DNA of 64,000 nucleotides. Origin: a virus. Both the position numbers and the translations under genes were made by a program. Positions 1 to 8,548 of the stretch are shown here, piece by piece (positions within the stretch are counted from its first letter, which is position 1; each line of letters starts with the position of its first letter). The notes beneath the pieces are model-generated. The model saw only the letters and a list, made by a program, of their open reading frames with translations, had not been told where the DNA came from and did no database searches. The stretch lies in the IMG/VR virus record IMGVR_UViG_3300045988_054045; one strand, 5' to 3'.

Positions 1-494
1 CTGACAGTACTTTTAAACAGAGTGCTGTCAGAATTATGGATATTCGTCAGGGATATGTAGGAACTTCTAGCAATGGAGAAGCTAGAGTATCTATAAGAGA
101 TGAGAAAGCATGGGTTATCATAAAGTCCAACGGATGTTTAGCAAGATTGGAGTATGAAATTCCAATTCCTAAAAAGGATGCAGAAGAATTACTTTCATTC
201 ACTTGCGACAGAGTAATCCATAAAACTCGTTATATTATTCCGTGTGAGGATAGTATGCTTAAATGGGAAGTTGATGAGTTTCATGGTGAGGATGAAGGAT
301 TAATCATTGCTGAGATAGAGTTACCACGCAAGGATATGCCATTTGAAAAACCTCAATGGCTTGGTAAAGAAGTAACACAAGATACTACTTATTATAACTC
401 TACACTCTCTAAAACGTCTTGGAAAGCTATTCAGAAGTCTCGTGCTGAAGCTAAAGCTTGGGATGATTGGAGGGACTCATTAGTTAAGAAATGA
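1..494 (+). CDS. CYTH-domain (CyaB/thiamine-triphosphatase-like triphosphate tunnel) protein; 5' end cut by the window edge
   Basis: The frame is open from nt 3 with no stop before the first ATG at 36, so the true N-terminus lies upstream. CYTH-like motifs are IRQGY, RVSIRD, KTRYII and [21 protein letters not shown]. The stop overlaps the next start (ATGA at 491). Confidence 0.65.
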   Translation, partial: DSTFKQSAVRIMDIRQGYVGTSSNGEARVSIRDEKAWVIIKSNGCLARLEYEIPIPKKDAEELLSFTCDRVIHKTRYIIPCEDSMLKWEVDEFHGEDEGLIIAEIELPRKDMPFEKPQWLGKEVTQDTTYYNSTLSKTSWKAIQKSRAEAKAWDDWRDSLVKK

Positions 495-757
495 AATATA
501 GGAAAAAACCAGTAATCATTGAAGCTATACAATTCATAGATAATGCTGACCGCATTATAGAAATTCAAGAGTTTCTAGGAGGAGATACCATAGTGATAAG
601 CTATGAGGATGCAGACAATCCTTATATGTATATTGAAACTCTTGAAGGTACTATGAAAGCCTCTGTAGGAGATTATATCATTAAGGGAGTGAATGGAGAG
701 TTCTATCCTTGTAAGCCAGATATATTTGAGAAAACTTACGAAGAGGTAGCTGAATGA
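491..757 (+). CDS. Hypothetical small protein (88 aa)
   Basis: ATG-initiated ORF with ATGA overlaps to both neighbours. The sequence [11 protein letters not shown]...[23 protein letters not shown] resembles small conserved phage proteins, but I cannot name a family. Confidence 0.5.
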   Translation: MKYRKKPVIIEAIQFIDNADRIIEIQEFLGGDTIVISYEDADNPYMYIETLEGTMKASVGDYIIKGVNGEFYPCKPDIFEKTYEEVAE

Positions 758-1665
758 GACTGATAAAACCATCATTTGAAATACTAGAACAAAAGCCTGG
801 ATTAGATGGGCTGTTACAACATATAGAAAGATGTGGTAGGACTTGTTATAAGTCAGAAGACAAGATTACTGAAGAAAGTGCTCCTAAGTTTGTGGATATG
901 CTTGTCAAACGTGGTCATACTGCAATGGTTGAGCATGGTACTGTATACCTAAAGTATAGTATAACATTGGAAGGCTCCATGAATATGGCTAACAAATATC
1001 ATTTCAATAAGTACTCTACAGTAACTATAGGTAATGAGCCTTTATGTGGTGGTGAGCCACAGGAATATAAGGATAAGTTCGATGGGCATACGTGTGCATA
1101 TATTACTACTAATTACAGAGTATTATTGCAAAATGATTGGCTTGATGACCTTAAATACCAATGTGAACCAACAGAGCACCACGTTAAACGTATAACTGTT
1201 AAGTTTACTTGTGATAGGGGAGTTAGTCATGAGTTTGTAAGGCATAGGGTATTTAGTTTTGCCCAGGAAAGTACTAGGTATTGTAACTATAATAAAGATA
1301 AGTTCGGAAATGAATGTACGTTCATCATACCTAGTTGGCTAGACTACGAGGAACAACAATTCACTGATAAGAACGATTCTTCTTGCAGCATTAGAACTGA
1401 CTTATCTGAGCATGAGTATTTTATAGACTTACTATTAGAGGCTGAAAGAACTTACAATTTCTTGGTTCAATACTGTGGTTGGAAACCTCAGCAGGCTAGA
1501 GCAGTTCTTCCCAACAGTTTAAAGACCGAGTTAATTATGACTGGTACTATTGAACAGTGGGAAGGGTTCTTTAAGCTAAGAGATGCTAATGATGCACATC
1601 CTCAAGCAAGAGAGTTAGCTGCACCATTACATGAGGAATTTATCAGAAGAGGTTTATTGCAATGA
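754..1665 (+). CDS. thyX: FAD-dependent thymidylate synthase ThyX
   Basis: [14 protein letters not shown] is a perfect match to the ThyX signature RHRxxSxxxxSxRY. The protein is 303 aa and translationally coupled to both neighbours. Confidence 0.9.
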   Translation: MRLIKPSFEILEQKPGLDGLLQHIERCGRTCYKSEDKITEESAPKFVDMLVKRGHTAMVEHGTVYLKYSITLEGSMNMANKYHFNKYSTVTIGNEPLCGGEPQEYKDKFDGHTCAYITTNYRVLLQNDWLDDLKYQCEPTEHHVKRITVKFTCDRGVSHEFVRHRVFSFAQESTRYCNYNKDKFGNECTFIIPSWLDYEEQQFTDKNDSSCSIRTDLSEHEYFIDLLLEAERTYNFLVQYCGWKPQQARAVLPNSLKTELIMTGTIEQWEGFFKLRDANDAHPQARELAAPLHEEFIRRGLLQ

Positions 1666-2348
1666 AAGCAGAGGAGTACTTTGGAGACTGGATTGATGTT
1701 ATTGATAAGCAAGAACTACGTAAAGTAGTAACTTGGATTAATAAGACTAATTCAGCCACTCTATGCCCTTCTCCTAAAAACATATTCAGAGCATTTAGGG
1801 CTTGTCCATATGAAGACTGCAAGGTAGTTTTCTTAGGGCAAGACCCCTACCCACAGAAGGGAGTAGCTACTGGAATATTATTCGGTAACTCCGAAGATAC
1901 TCCAGAAGATAGGTTATCTCCTTCGCTTCAAATAGTTAAAGAGGCAGCTATTAATTATGAAATTCCCCATAACCGAATAGAATTTGACAACACGTTGGAA
2001 TCTTGGGCTAAACAGGGAATATTAATGATTAATACTGCCCTTACTTGTGAAGTAGGAAGAGTTGGGTCACACTTTGAGTTATGGAAGCCGTTTGTGTCTA
2101 AACTAATTCACAATCTTAGTTATAAGAACAATGGCATAGTTTATGTCTTATTTGGTAGTCAAGCACAGCTATTTAAGAATGATATAGTAGATAGTTTAAA
2201 GACTATTGAAGTATATCACCCTGCGTACTTCTCTAGAAAGGGTACTAAGATGCCCTCTAGTGTATTTACTGATATTAATGAGGTATTAAAGAAGCAGTAT
2301 AACTATCAAATAGAGTTTTATAAGGAGACAGAATATGGAATTTGCTGA
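1662..2348 (+). CDS. ung: Uracil-DNA glycosylase, family-1-like
   Basis: VVFLGQDPYPQKGVATGILF corresponds to the GQDPY water-activating loop. ILMINTALTCEVGRVGSHFELWKPF corresponds to the LLLN..LTV...SH..GW block. VYHPAYFSRKG sits in the position of the HPSPLS DNA-intercalation loop. Confidence 0.8.
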   Translation: MKAEEYFGDWIDVIDKQELRKVVTWINKTNSATLCPSPKNIFRAFRACPYEDCKVVFLGQDPYPQKGVATGILFGNSEDTPEDRLSPSLQIVKEAAINYEIPHNRIEFDNTLESWAKQGILMINTALTCEVGRVGSHFELWKPFVSKLIHNLSYKNNGIVYVLFGSQAQLFKNDIVDSLKTIEVYHPAYFSRKGTKMPSSVFTDINEVLKKQYNYQIEFYKETEYGIC

Positions 2349-2538
2349 GAGAAAGTCAGTCAATGACAAGTTAAGGAAATATGACCATCTAGCTAAGGAT
2401 GGTGACTTCATAGAGATTACTGAGTGGACTAATGGTGAAGGTTGGGATGTTACTATTAACGAGAAGCAATTACTCCTAACCAGAGGAGAATTGGAGGCTA
2501 TCGAGTACCTAACTAGGAGTCTAGACCATAAGAGCTAA
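2335..2538 (+). CDS. Hypothetical protein (67 aa)
   Basis: ATG ORF that overlaps the ung end by 14 nt and fills the gap to the next gene. No motif recognised. Confidence 0.4.
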   Translation: MEFAERKSVNDKLRKYDHLAKDGDFIEITEWTNGEGWDVTINEKQLLLTRGELEAIEYLTRSLDHKS

Positions 2539-2542
2539 CTTT

Positions 2543-3220
2543 ATGTACCTAAACATTAAGATAAAGGAAGATTTCAGAACCTTGAAGAAGGATACTGAAT
2601 ATAAGTTTGACTTTACTAATCAAGATAGGTATCTGATAGTTGGTCCGAATGGTTGTGGTAAGTCTACACTTATTAATATCATACGTAGCTTTCAGTGCGA
2701 CAATGCTAGCGACAGCCGTCAGGATAAACTTGGATATGCAGGGATTAGTGGTATGAAAGATAAGGCAGAAATTGACACTGACTTTGAGAAGTTTTACTTT
2801 ATTAGTTCTGAATTTGATGACCCATTATCATTAGACAACATGGCAACAGCAGAAGCAGCTATTACAAATGGTGGATTCTATTGGAAACGTAAGTCTAATG
2901 GTGAACGTCAGTTACAGAATCTAGGTAAGTGGGTTCAAGAGAACCAAGATAACTGGAATGAGAAGTGCCTATTGATTCTTGACGAAGCTGATAAGGGCTT
3001 CGATTTAAGGTATCAAGTAGGATTACACAATATGCTTATTAACATTCCAGCTAAGAATAATGTGAAATTTCTAGTTGTATCTCACACTCTAATTCCGATA
3101 TTGTTAGAGGACAAAGTTTATGCCTTCCAATATAGAAGGATACTCAGTCCGTCTACATATATATTTGTAGAAACTGGTTACGATATAAAAATTGATAAAG
3201 ATGAAAGAACAGAAGTTTGA
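2543..3220 (+). CDS. Compact ABC/SMC-head-type ATPase with no coiled coil
   Basis: Motifs present are Walker A (VGPNGCGKSTL), an ABC-signature-like KSNGERQ, Walker B/D-loop (LLILDEADKGFD) and an H-loop (VVSH). The N-terminal NIKIKEDFRTLKK...F is typical of AAA_15/21/23-like heads. Confidence 0.7.
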   Translation: MYLNIKIKEDFRTLKKDTEYKFDFTNQDRYLIVGPNGCGKSTLINIIRSFQCDNASDSRQDKLGYAGISGMKDKAEIDTDFEKFYFISSEFDDPLSLDNMATAEAAITNGGFYWKRKSNGERQLQNLGKWVQENQDNWNEKCLLILDEADKGFDLRYQVGLHNMLINIPAKNNVKFLVVSHTLIPILLEDKVYAFQYRRILSPSTYIFVETGYDIKIDKDERTEV

Positions 3221-3845
3221 ATTTAATCCTGAAAAGACTTTCTTCACGTCCGATACACATTTTGGTCATGCTAACATAATTAGATTATGTAATAGACCAT
3301 TTAAAGATGTAGAGGAGATGAATGAAAAGTTGATTGAGAACTGGAATAAAGTAGTTCCAGAGGACGGTACAGTCTTCCATTTAGGAGATTTTGCCTTCGG
3401 TGGTAGTGCACTATGGAATAGCGTTATCCCTCGTCTAAACGGACAAATCTACTTGATTATTGGTAATCACGATAGGAAGAATCTAAGACAAGGTTATATG
3501 GATAAATTTGCGGCTGTAATACCTCAAATGCAAATTCAGATAGAGAAAAGAAGTATCTATTTGAACCATTATCCATTCTTGTGCTATGGTGGCTCTTATC
3601 GTAATGAAGCTGATGCTGTATGGCAGTTGTTTGGTCATGTTCATTCTGGACCCACTAGTTCTGGTTTGGATTGTGATAGGTTGTGTAATCTATTCCCATA
3701 TCAATATGATGTTGGCGTAGATAACAATAACTACACTCCAATCTCTTGGGAAGAGGTGAAGAAAAAGATTCAAAACCAAATAGATAATGGAGTGGAGAAA
3801 TCTGTCAAGGAACATACAATTCCCGACGAAATATACAAACTATAA
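3201..3845 (+). CDS. Calcineurin-like metallophosphoesterase (COG4186-like phage phosphoesterase)
   Basis: Motifs are SDTHFGH, RPF...EMNEKLIENWN, HLGDF, GNHD and GHVH. The ORF-track start at 3192 is TTG and the first ATG is at 3201. Overlaps the ATPase gene by 20 nt. Confidence 0.8.
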   Translation: MKEQKFEFNPEKTFFTSDTHFGHANIIRLCNRPFKDVEEMNEKLIENWNKVVPEDGTVFHLGDFAFGGSALWNSVIPRLNGQIYLIIGNHDRKNLRQGYMDKFAAVIPQMQIQIEKRSIYLNHYPFLCYGGSYRNEADAVWQLFGHVHSGPTSSGLDCDRLCNLFPYQYDVGVDNNNYTPISWEEVKKKIQNQIDNGVEKSVKEHTIPDEIYKL

Positions 3846-4063
3846 TGACTAAATTGACTTTAGAAATCGACGGAATTATCTGTTCTATGGAGATACCTTA
3901 TAATGATGTAAGTGCTACTGAACTAATTAAGGGATTTGGTTCCTTAATGATTGGTCAGACATTTCTTGCTTGCACTGTTAAAGAGGCTCTAGAAGAGGTA
4001 GCCGAAGATTATGAAGACGAACTAAGAGTAGGTTATGAATCCCAACACACTGAGGAAGATTAA
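3845..4063 (+). CDS. Hypothetical protein (72 aa) with an acidic C-terminus
   Basis: ATG ORF with a TAATG junction to the upstream gene. No motif recognised. Confidence 0.4.
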   Translation: MTKLTLEIDGIICSMEIPYNDVSATELIKGFGSLMIGQTFLACTVKEALEEVAEDYEDELRVGYESQHTEED

Positions 4064-4358
4064 AAGGTTAGAAGCTGGTGAATCATTTATCACCAGTGAG
4101 CCTGGGAACTCTATGCTTCCGTTATATAAGAGTAATGAGAAGCATAGGGTTACTCCAATAAAATGGGAAGATTGTAAGGTGGGCGATGTAGTATTCTGTA
4201 AGGTTAGAGGTTCATGTGTAACTCACAAAGTCTATGCAGTAGATAGTGAGAAAGGTTGTCTAATAGGCAATAATAAAGGACACATGAATGGATGGACTAA
4301 GAATGTGTATGGCAAAGCCCACAAAATTGACCAATCGTTAAAAACTAAGAAGCCTTGA
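4035..4358 (+). CDS. Possible S24/S26-type (LexA or signal-peptidase-like) serine peptidase domain protein
   Basis: GNSMLP resembles the catalytic-Ser motif G-x-SM-x-P. It is followed by VGDVVF and THKV, where a Lys candidate sits. At 107 aa the assignment is tentative. Confidence 0.4.
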   Translation: MNPNTLRKIKRLEAGESFITSEPGNSMLPLYKSNEKHRVTPIKWEDCKVGDVVFCKVRGSCVTHKVYAVDSEKGCLIGNNKGHMNGWTKNVYGKAHKIDQSLKTKKP

Positions 4359-5047
4359 GAATTTGTGTAACGTCCGATTTACATGGCATTCTTCCTAAAA
4401 TAGAAGAGCCGTGTACAGCAGTATTGATATGCGGAGATATTATGCCATTACGTATGCAGAGAAACATTCCTCAGAGTGAGAAATGGTTAAAGACTGAATT
4501 TGCAGAATGGGTTAATAATCTTCCGTGTGAGTCTGTTATTATGGTAGGAGGCAATCATGACTTTGCTTTAGCTAATATGTACAGACAACCTTTAAAGATT
4601 AACTCAATCTTAACGCAGCCAACTAATGGTAAACTTGAGTTGTTAGATAATGAAGAGACTTGTATTATTGATGAGAGTGGAAAATGCTATTTAGTATGGG
4701 GAACTCCATATTGTAAAATCTTTGGCAATTGGGCTTATATGTATGAGCCTGAAACTCTAATCAAGGCATATAAATCTATGCCAGCAGAGTGTGATATTGT
4801 TATATCTCACGATGCTCCTAAATTATGCGGTCTTGGTGTTATCCACCAGAGATTTAACCAAGAGGATGCTGGTAATCCTTGGCTGGCTGACGAGATGCTT
4901 CGTAAACATCCTAAATATACATTCTGTGGACATATCCATAGTGGGGAACATAATCTGCAAACCCTTGATGATATGAAGATGGCTAATGTGTCTTTAGTAG
5001 ATGAAACGTATACAGAAACGTTTAAACCTTTATATCTCGATGTCTAA
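4355..5047 (+). CDS. Calcineurin-like metallophosphoesterase (second copy, different subfamily)
   Basis: Motifs are SDLHG, CGDI, GGNHD, SHDAP and CGHIHSG. The start is a TTG overlapping the upstream TGA, and no ATG lies upstream of the DLHG motif. Confidence 0.75.
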   Translation: MRICVTSDLHGILPKIEEPCTAVLICGDIMPLRMQRNIPQSEKWLKTEFAEWVNNLPCESVIMVGGNHDFALANMYRQPLKINSILTQPTNGKLELLDNEETCIIDESGKCYLVWGTPYCKIFGNWAYMYEPETLIKAYKSMPAECDIVISHDAPKLCGLGVIHQRFNQEDAGNPWLADEMLRKHPKYTFCGHIHSGEHNLQTLDDMKMANVSLVDETYTETFKPLYLDV

Positions 5048-5222
5048 AGTTGCAACAAGGGGAGGTATAGGCTTCTTCCCTCTACTGTTTATAGTACTAC
5101 TAGCCTGTAAGTTATTTGGAGCTAATATAACTTGGTTCTGGGTTATTGCTCCTTTATGGATGCCTCTTGTAGTAGTGCTAGTAATTGCTGTATTATTACT
5201 TATTATAAGTTCAATAAGATGA
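5040..5222 (+). CDS. Small membrane protein with two predicted TM helices (60 aa)
   Basis: The product MSKVATRGGIGFFPLLFIVLLACKLF...WFWVIAPLWMPLVVVLVIAVLLLII is almost entirely hydrophobic. I prefer the ATG at 5040 over the track start at 5001. The stop overlaps the pncA start (ATGA). Confidence 0.5.
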   Translation: MSKVATRGGIGFFPLLFIVLLACKLFGANITWFWVIAPLWMPLVVVLVIAVLLLIISSIR

Positions 5223-5800
5223 AAGAAAAAGTAACCCTAGTAGTTGTGGACTTCCAGTATGACTTCTGTCTGCTGGGAGCACCACTCTATGTTCCAGGGT
5301 CTGATAAGGCTCTGTGGAACATCTCTCATTTAATTGAGAATAACAAAGTTGGTCGGGTGATATTTACTGCCGATTGGCATCCATCTAACCATTGTTCCTT
5401 TAAGAAGAATGGTGGTCAGTGGAATGAGCATTGTGTGCAGTTCTCTAAGGGTGCGGCTATACATGATTTATTACTGTATGGTTGTATTGGTGCTGGAATA
5501 CCTTATGAAGTAATTACTAAAGGTACTCTATCACTTTCAGAAGAATATGGAATAAAGGTTGCTCCAGCTAATGCTAAAGTCCAGTACCATACTATCTATA
5601 GTTCATCGGTAGGAGTTGACGTTCAGCCAGATGAGCAAGTAGTGATTTGTGGTTTGGCAGGAGACTTCTGCGTACTTGAAACTTTGAAGAACCTAGCCCC
5701 TGTTAACCCTATGATATTCCTTGATGGTGTAGCTTCCCTAGATGGAGGAGTTAAACTCAATGAATATGTAGAAAGTAATGGAGTTAGGGTATGGTCATAA
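5219..5800 (+). CDS. pncA: Nicotinamidase (isochorismatase-family, PncA)
   Basis: Motifs are VVDFQYDFC (DxQxDF), ADWHPSNHCSF (metal and substrate site D-x-H-P..H-x-SF) and ICGLAGDFCV (catalytic Cys block). The start is set at the internal ATG 5219, because the 29 upstream codons of the track ORF overlap the membrane-protein gene. Confidence 0.8.
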   Translation: MKEKVTLVVVDFQYDFCLLGAPLYVPGSDKALWNISHLIENNKVGRVIFTADWHPSNHCSFKKNGGQWNEHCVQFSKGAAIHDLLLYGCIGAGIPYEVITKGTLSLSEEYGIKVAPANAKVQYHTIYSSSVGVDVQPDEQVVICGLAGDFCVLETLKNLAPVNPMIFLDGVASLDGGVKLNEYVESNGVRVWS

Positions 5801-6027
5801 AAATTATCATACTAGTACTAGTTCACTTATCAATATCAGCAATAGCTATTCTTATGGGTAAGTACTTACCTAACATGGTACACAAGGAGAATGAACGTGA
5901 AGTATTCTCATTCATTTATTGTTGTCTTCTTCCCATAATGAATATAATTGTTGTTTGCATTGGTTTATGTGAGTTAGTTGATGTAGTAATGCATAAAATT
6001 ATAAAATATATAAAGAGATGGTTGTAA
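5791..6027 (+). CDS. Small membrane protein with two predicted TM helices (78 aa)
   Basis: Hydrophobic segments are IIILVLVHLSISAIAILMG and FIYCCLLPIMNIIVVCIGLC. Overlaps both pncA and pncB by 10 nt. Confidence 0.5.
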   Translation: MVIKIIILVLVHLSISAIAILMGKYLPNMVHKENEREVFSFIYCCLLPIMNIIVVCIGLCELVDVVMHKIIKYIKRWL

Positions 6028-7184
6028 AATCTATTTTAGATACGGACTTGTATAAATTTACAACTTCGTATGCCTATATGAAACTATTCCCTTATTCTAT
6101 TGGAACATTTGAGTTCTTTGATAGGGATAGTACAGAATATTCCGATGAATTTCTGGAAAACTTGAGAATTGAGTTATGTAACTTAGGTTCTCTTAAACTT
6201 ACTAAGGATGAACAGGAGTTTATGGCTAATAACTGTAGGTTCATTCCTCCCATGTATTGGGAATGGTTATCTGGGACAAGACTTGATGCTGGAAAAGTAA
6301 GAGTGTGGTTGGATGAAGAAAAGCATCTGCACATCACAGTTACAGATTATCTGTATAGAGTAACTCTGTATGAAGTACCTATCCTGGCTATCGTGTCTCA
6401 GTTAAGAAACCATATGCTAAACCACTGTATTGATATGCAGCTAGTTATTGGAAAGTTAGCTCCTAAGATTAGTCTGTCTAATAAGAGTGGTATTCCATTC
6501 TCTGAGTTCGGCACTCGTAGAAGATATTCATTCAATGTTCAGGATGAAGTTATTAAATACATCAAAGAACATTCTATTTACTGCACAGGAACATCAAATT
6601 GTTACTTTGCAATGAAATATGATATGAAGATGATGGGAACTCATCCACATGAATGGTTTATGTTTCATGGTGCTATGTATGGCTATAAGCAAGCTAACTA
6701 CATGGCTTTGGAGAACTGGACTAATGTATATGATGGTGATTTGGGTATTGCATTAACTGATACCTATACTACAGATGTATTCTTTAAGAATCTATCTCGT
6801 AAGCAGGCTAAGTTATTTGATGGTATTAGGCAGGATAGTGGAGATGAATTCCAATTTGTAATGAAGGCTATTGCCAGATACAAAGAACTTGGAATTGACC
6901 CATCTACTAAGACTATTATCTTCAGCAATGCACTGACATTCGATAAGGCGGAAGAAATTCAGGAATATTGTAGAGGTAGAATCCGATGTGCGTTCGGTAT
7001 AGGTACTAACCTTACTAATGACACTGGATTTAAACCATCTAATATTGTTATGAAGCTGACTTCTTGTCGTATGAATAAGAACCAACCAGTATTCAACTGT
7101 GTGAAACTATCTGATGATTTAGGGAAACATACTGGTGATACTGAAGAGGTTAAGCACTGTATTCAAACTATTAGTAAGTTTTAA
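6018..7184 (+). CDS. pncB: Nicotinate phosphoribosyltransferase (PncB)
   Basis: The N-terminal ILDTDLYKFT, EFGTRRR and GIGTNLTND are the canonical NAPRTase blocks. The protein is 388 aa. Confidence 0.9.
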   Translation: MVVKSILDTDLYKFTTSYAYMKLFPYSIGTFEFFDRDSTEYSDEFLENLRIELCNLGSLKLTKDEQEFMANNCRFIPPMYWEWLSGTRLDAGKVRVWLDEEKHLHITVTDYLYRVTLYEVPILAIVSQLRNHMLNHCIDMQLVIGKLAPKISLSNKSGIPFSEFGTRRRYSFNVQDEVIKYIKEHSIYCTGTSNCYFAMKYDMKMMGTHPHEWFMFHGAMYGYKQANYMALENWTNVYDGDLGIALTDTYTTDVFFKNLSRKQAKLFDGIRQDSGDEFQFVMKAIARYKELGIDPSTKTIIFSNALTFDKAEEIQEYCRGRIRCAFGIGTNLTNDTGFKPSNIVMKLTSCRMNKNQPVFNCVKLSDDLGKHTGDTEEVKHCIQTISKF

Positions 7185-7188
7185 GTAA

Positions 7189-7344
7189 ATGCCAACCTGG
7201 CGATATGCACTAAAATCTAGTATTTCCAAACTTACCCCCAAAGAGCTAAATGCTTATGGGGATAAGGGTTGGGAATTAGTATCTGTGGTATATGTTGAAC
7301 TAGTGGGATTCATATATTACTTTAAAAAAGAATTAAAAGTATGA
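7189..7344 (+). CDS. Small DUF4177-like protein (51 aa; below the ORF-track size cutoff)
   Basis: I translated the product by hand as MPTWRYALKSSISKLTPKELNAYGDKGWELVSVVYVELVGFIYYFKKELKV. The LN..G..GWELVSV....Y.FK pattern matches DUF4177. The ORF fills the pncB-nadE gap exactly and its stop overlaps the nadE ATG (ATGA). Confidence 0.45.
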   Translation: MPTWRYALKSSISKLTPKELNAYGDKGWELVSVVYVELVGFIYYFKKELKV

Positions 7345-8285
7345 ACAGATTAAATTATGAAAAAGTTTTCAAAACCCTCGTTGAGGAGACTGGAAATTAT
7401 CTTGTTAATCATAGTCTTCGCGCTATGGTTCTTGGGGTTAGTGGCGGCATTGACTCCACTGTTGTAGCTGCTATTTGTTGTGAGGTAAACAAACAAACTA
7501 ATATTCCTCTAATTGGACGGAGTTTGCCAATTAAGAATAAGAAGGATGAGTTTGATGTATCTAAACTAGTAGGAGAGGCATTCTGTAATAACTTTGATGT
7601 TGCGAATCTGTATGATGAGTATAAATGCTTTCTGAGTGGGTTAGTATGGAGGGAAGAGAGAATTGATTTATTGGATGATACTGAAACCATGCACCCAGAG
7701 AAGTCCAAACAACAAACTCTTATAGCTAATGGTAATATCCAAGCTAGGCTCAGAATGATATATCTCTACAATCTTGCTTCCATTCATAATGGGTTAGTAA
7801 TGTCTACTGATAATCAGACTGAGTATCAGCTAGGATTCTGGACTATTCATGGTGATGTGGGTGACTTTGACCCAATTCAGGACTTGTGGAAGACAGAAGT
7901 TTATGGGCTGGCTGGATATCTATTTCATAAATATGATATGAAGGCTAAAGCTACCAGCCTGTTTTACGGAAAGGAATCTAAAGAATGTAAAGATGCTATA
8001 GCTAAGGCTACAGCTATACATAGGTCTATAGCCTTAACTCCTACCGATGGTCTTGGTATTAGTAATAGTGACTTAGACCAGATTGGTGCAAAGAGCTATA
8101 ACGATGTTGATAGGGTGTTACAAACTTTAGTCTGTCCTGCTTCTCCTGAGAATGACAGAGTGCAAGATGCTTTAACTGTTGAAATAGGTCCAGAGATTAT
8201 AGATAAGATTATCAAAAGACGTCGTAACTCTAGGTTTAAGCGTGAAAAGTCTCCTATCTATATATCTAGGGATAGGTATGAATAA
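7341..8285 (+). CDS. nadE: NH3-dependent NAD+ synthetase (NadE)
   Basis: Contains the PP-loop VLGVSGGIDSTVVA and the downstream block TDNQTEYQLGFWTIHGDVGDFDPIQDLWKTEVYGLA, which is typical of NadE. Confidence 0.9.
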   Translation: MNRLNYEKVFKTLVEETGNYLVNHSLRAMVLGVSGGIDSTVVAAICCEVNKQTNIPLIGRSLPIKNKKDEFDVSKLVGEAFCNNFDVANLYDEYKCFLSGLVWREERIDLLDDTETMHPEKSKQQTLIANGNIQARLRMIYLYNLASIHNGLVMSTDNQTEYQLGFWTIHGDVGDFDPIQDLWKTEVYGLAGYLFHKYDMKAKATSLFYGKESKECKDAIAKATAIHRSIALTPTDGLGISNSDLDQIGAKSYNDVDRVLQTLVCPASPENDRVQDALTVEIGPEIIDKIIKRRRNSRFKREKSPIYISRDRYE

Positions 8286-8296
8286 AATTGTTTGAA

Positions 8297-8548
8297 ATGA
8301 AGTTATATTATTTATTTTTATTAGTAATGTTCCTATTGATGGGTTGTACTAACTCATCTAACATTAGTGGTCCTAATACTATAGGAACGTCTAAGGTACA
8401 TGGAGATGTGTACAGCTATGTTATTGATGGACATGAATACATAAAGTTAGGTAATGGCTTTGCACATTCTGGTACTTGCAAGAAATGTAAGGCAGATTTG
8501 GAAAGTATTATCCGTAAAGTAGTTAAGGAGGAACGTTCACAATGGTAG
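8297..8548 (+). CDS. Putative lipoprotein (83 aa)
   Basis: The signal peptide MKLYYLFLLVMFLLMGC carries an L-M-G-C lipobox. The mature part contains a CKKCK pair. The track start at 8288 is TTG and the first ATG is at 8297. Confidence 0.55.
   Translation: MKLYYLFLLVMFLLMGCTNSSNISGPNTIGTSKVHGDVYSYVIDGHEYIKLGNGFAHSGTCKKCKADLESIIRKVVKEERSQW

Noticed and set aside
1-31. Inverted repeat CTGACAG...CTGTCAG at the very start of the window
   Set aside because: It is only 7 bp, lies inside the CYTH coding frame and has no associated T-tract or partner motif. It is most likely chance.
2543-3845. ATPase plus phosphoesterase pair interpreted as an SbcCD/Mre11-Rad50 nuclease
   Set aside because: The ATPase is only 225 aa with no coiled-coil insertion. 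The phosphoesterase carries the SDTHFGH...RPF...NWN pattern of COG4186-type enzymes rather than Mre11/SbcD motifs.
5132-5218. N-terminal 29-codon extension of pncA in the ORF track
   Set aside because: The extension overlaps the hydrophobic 60-aa gene in another frame and adds a Cys/Ser-rich non-homologous leader. The conserved nicotinamidase core starts right after the internal ATG at 5219, which forms an ATGA junction.
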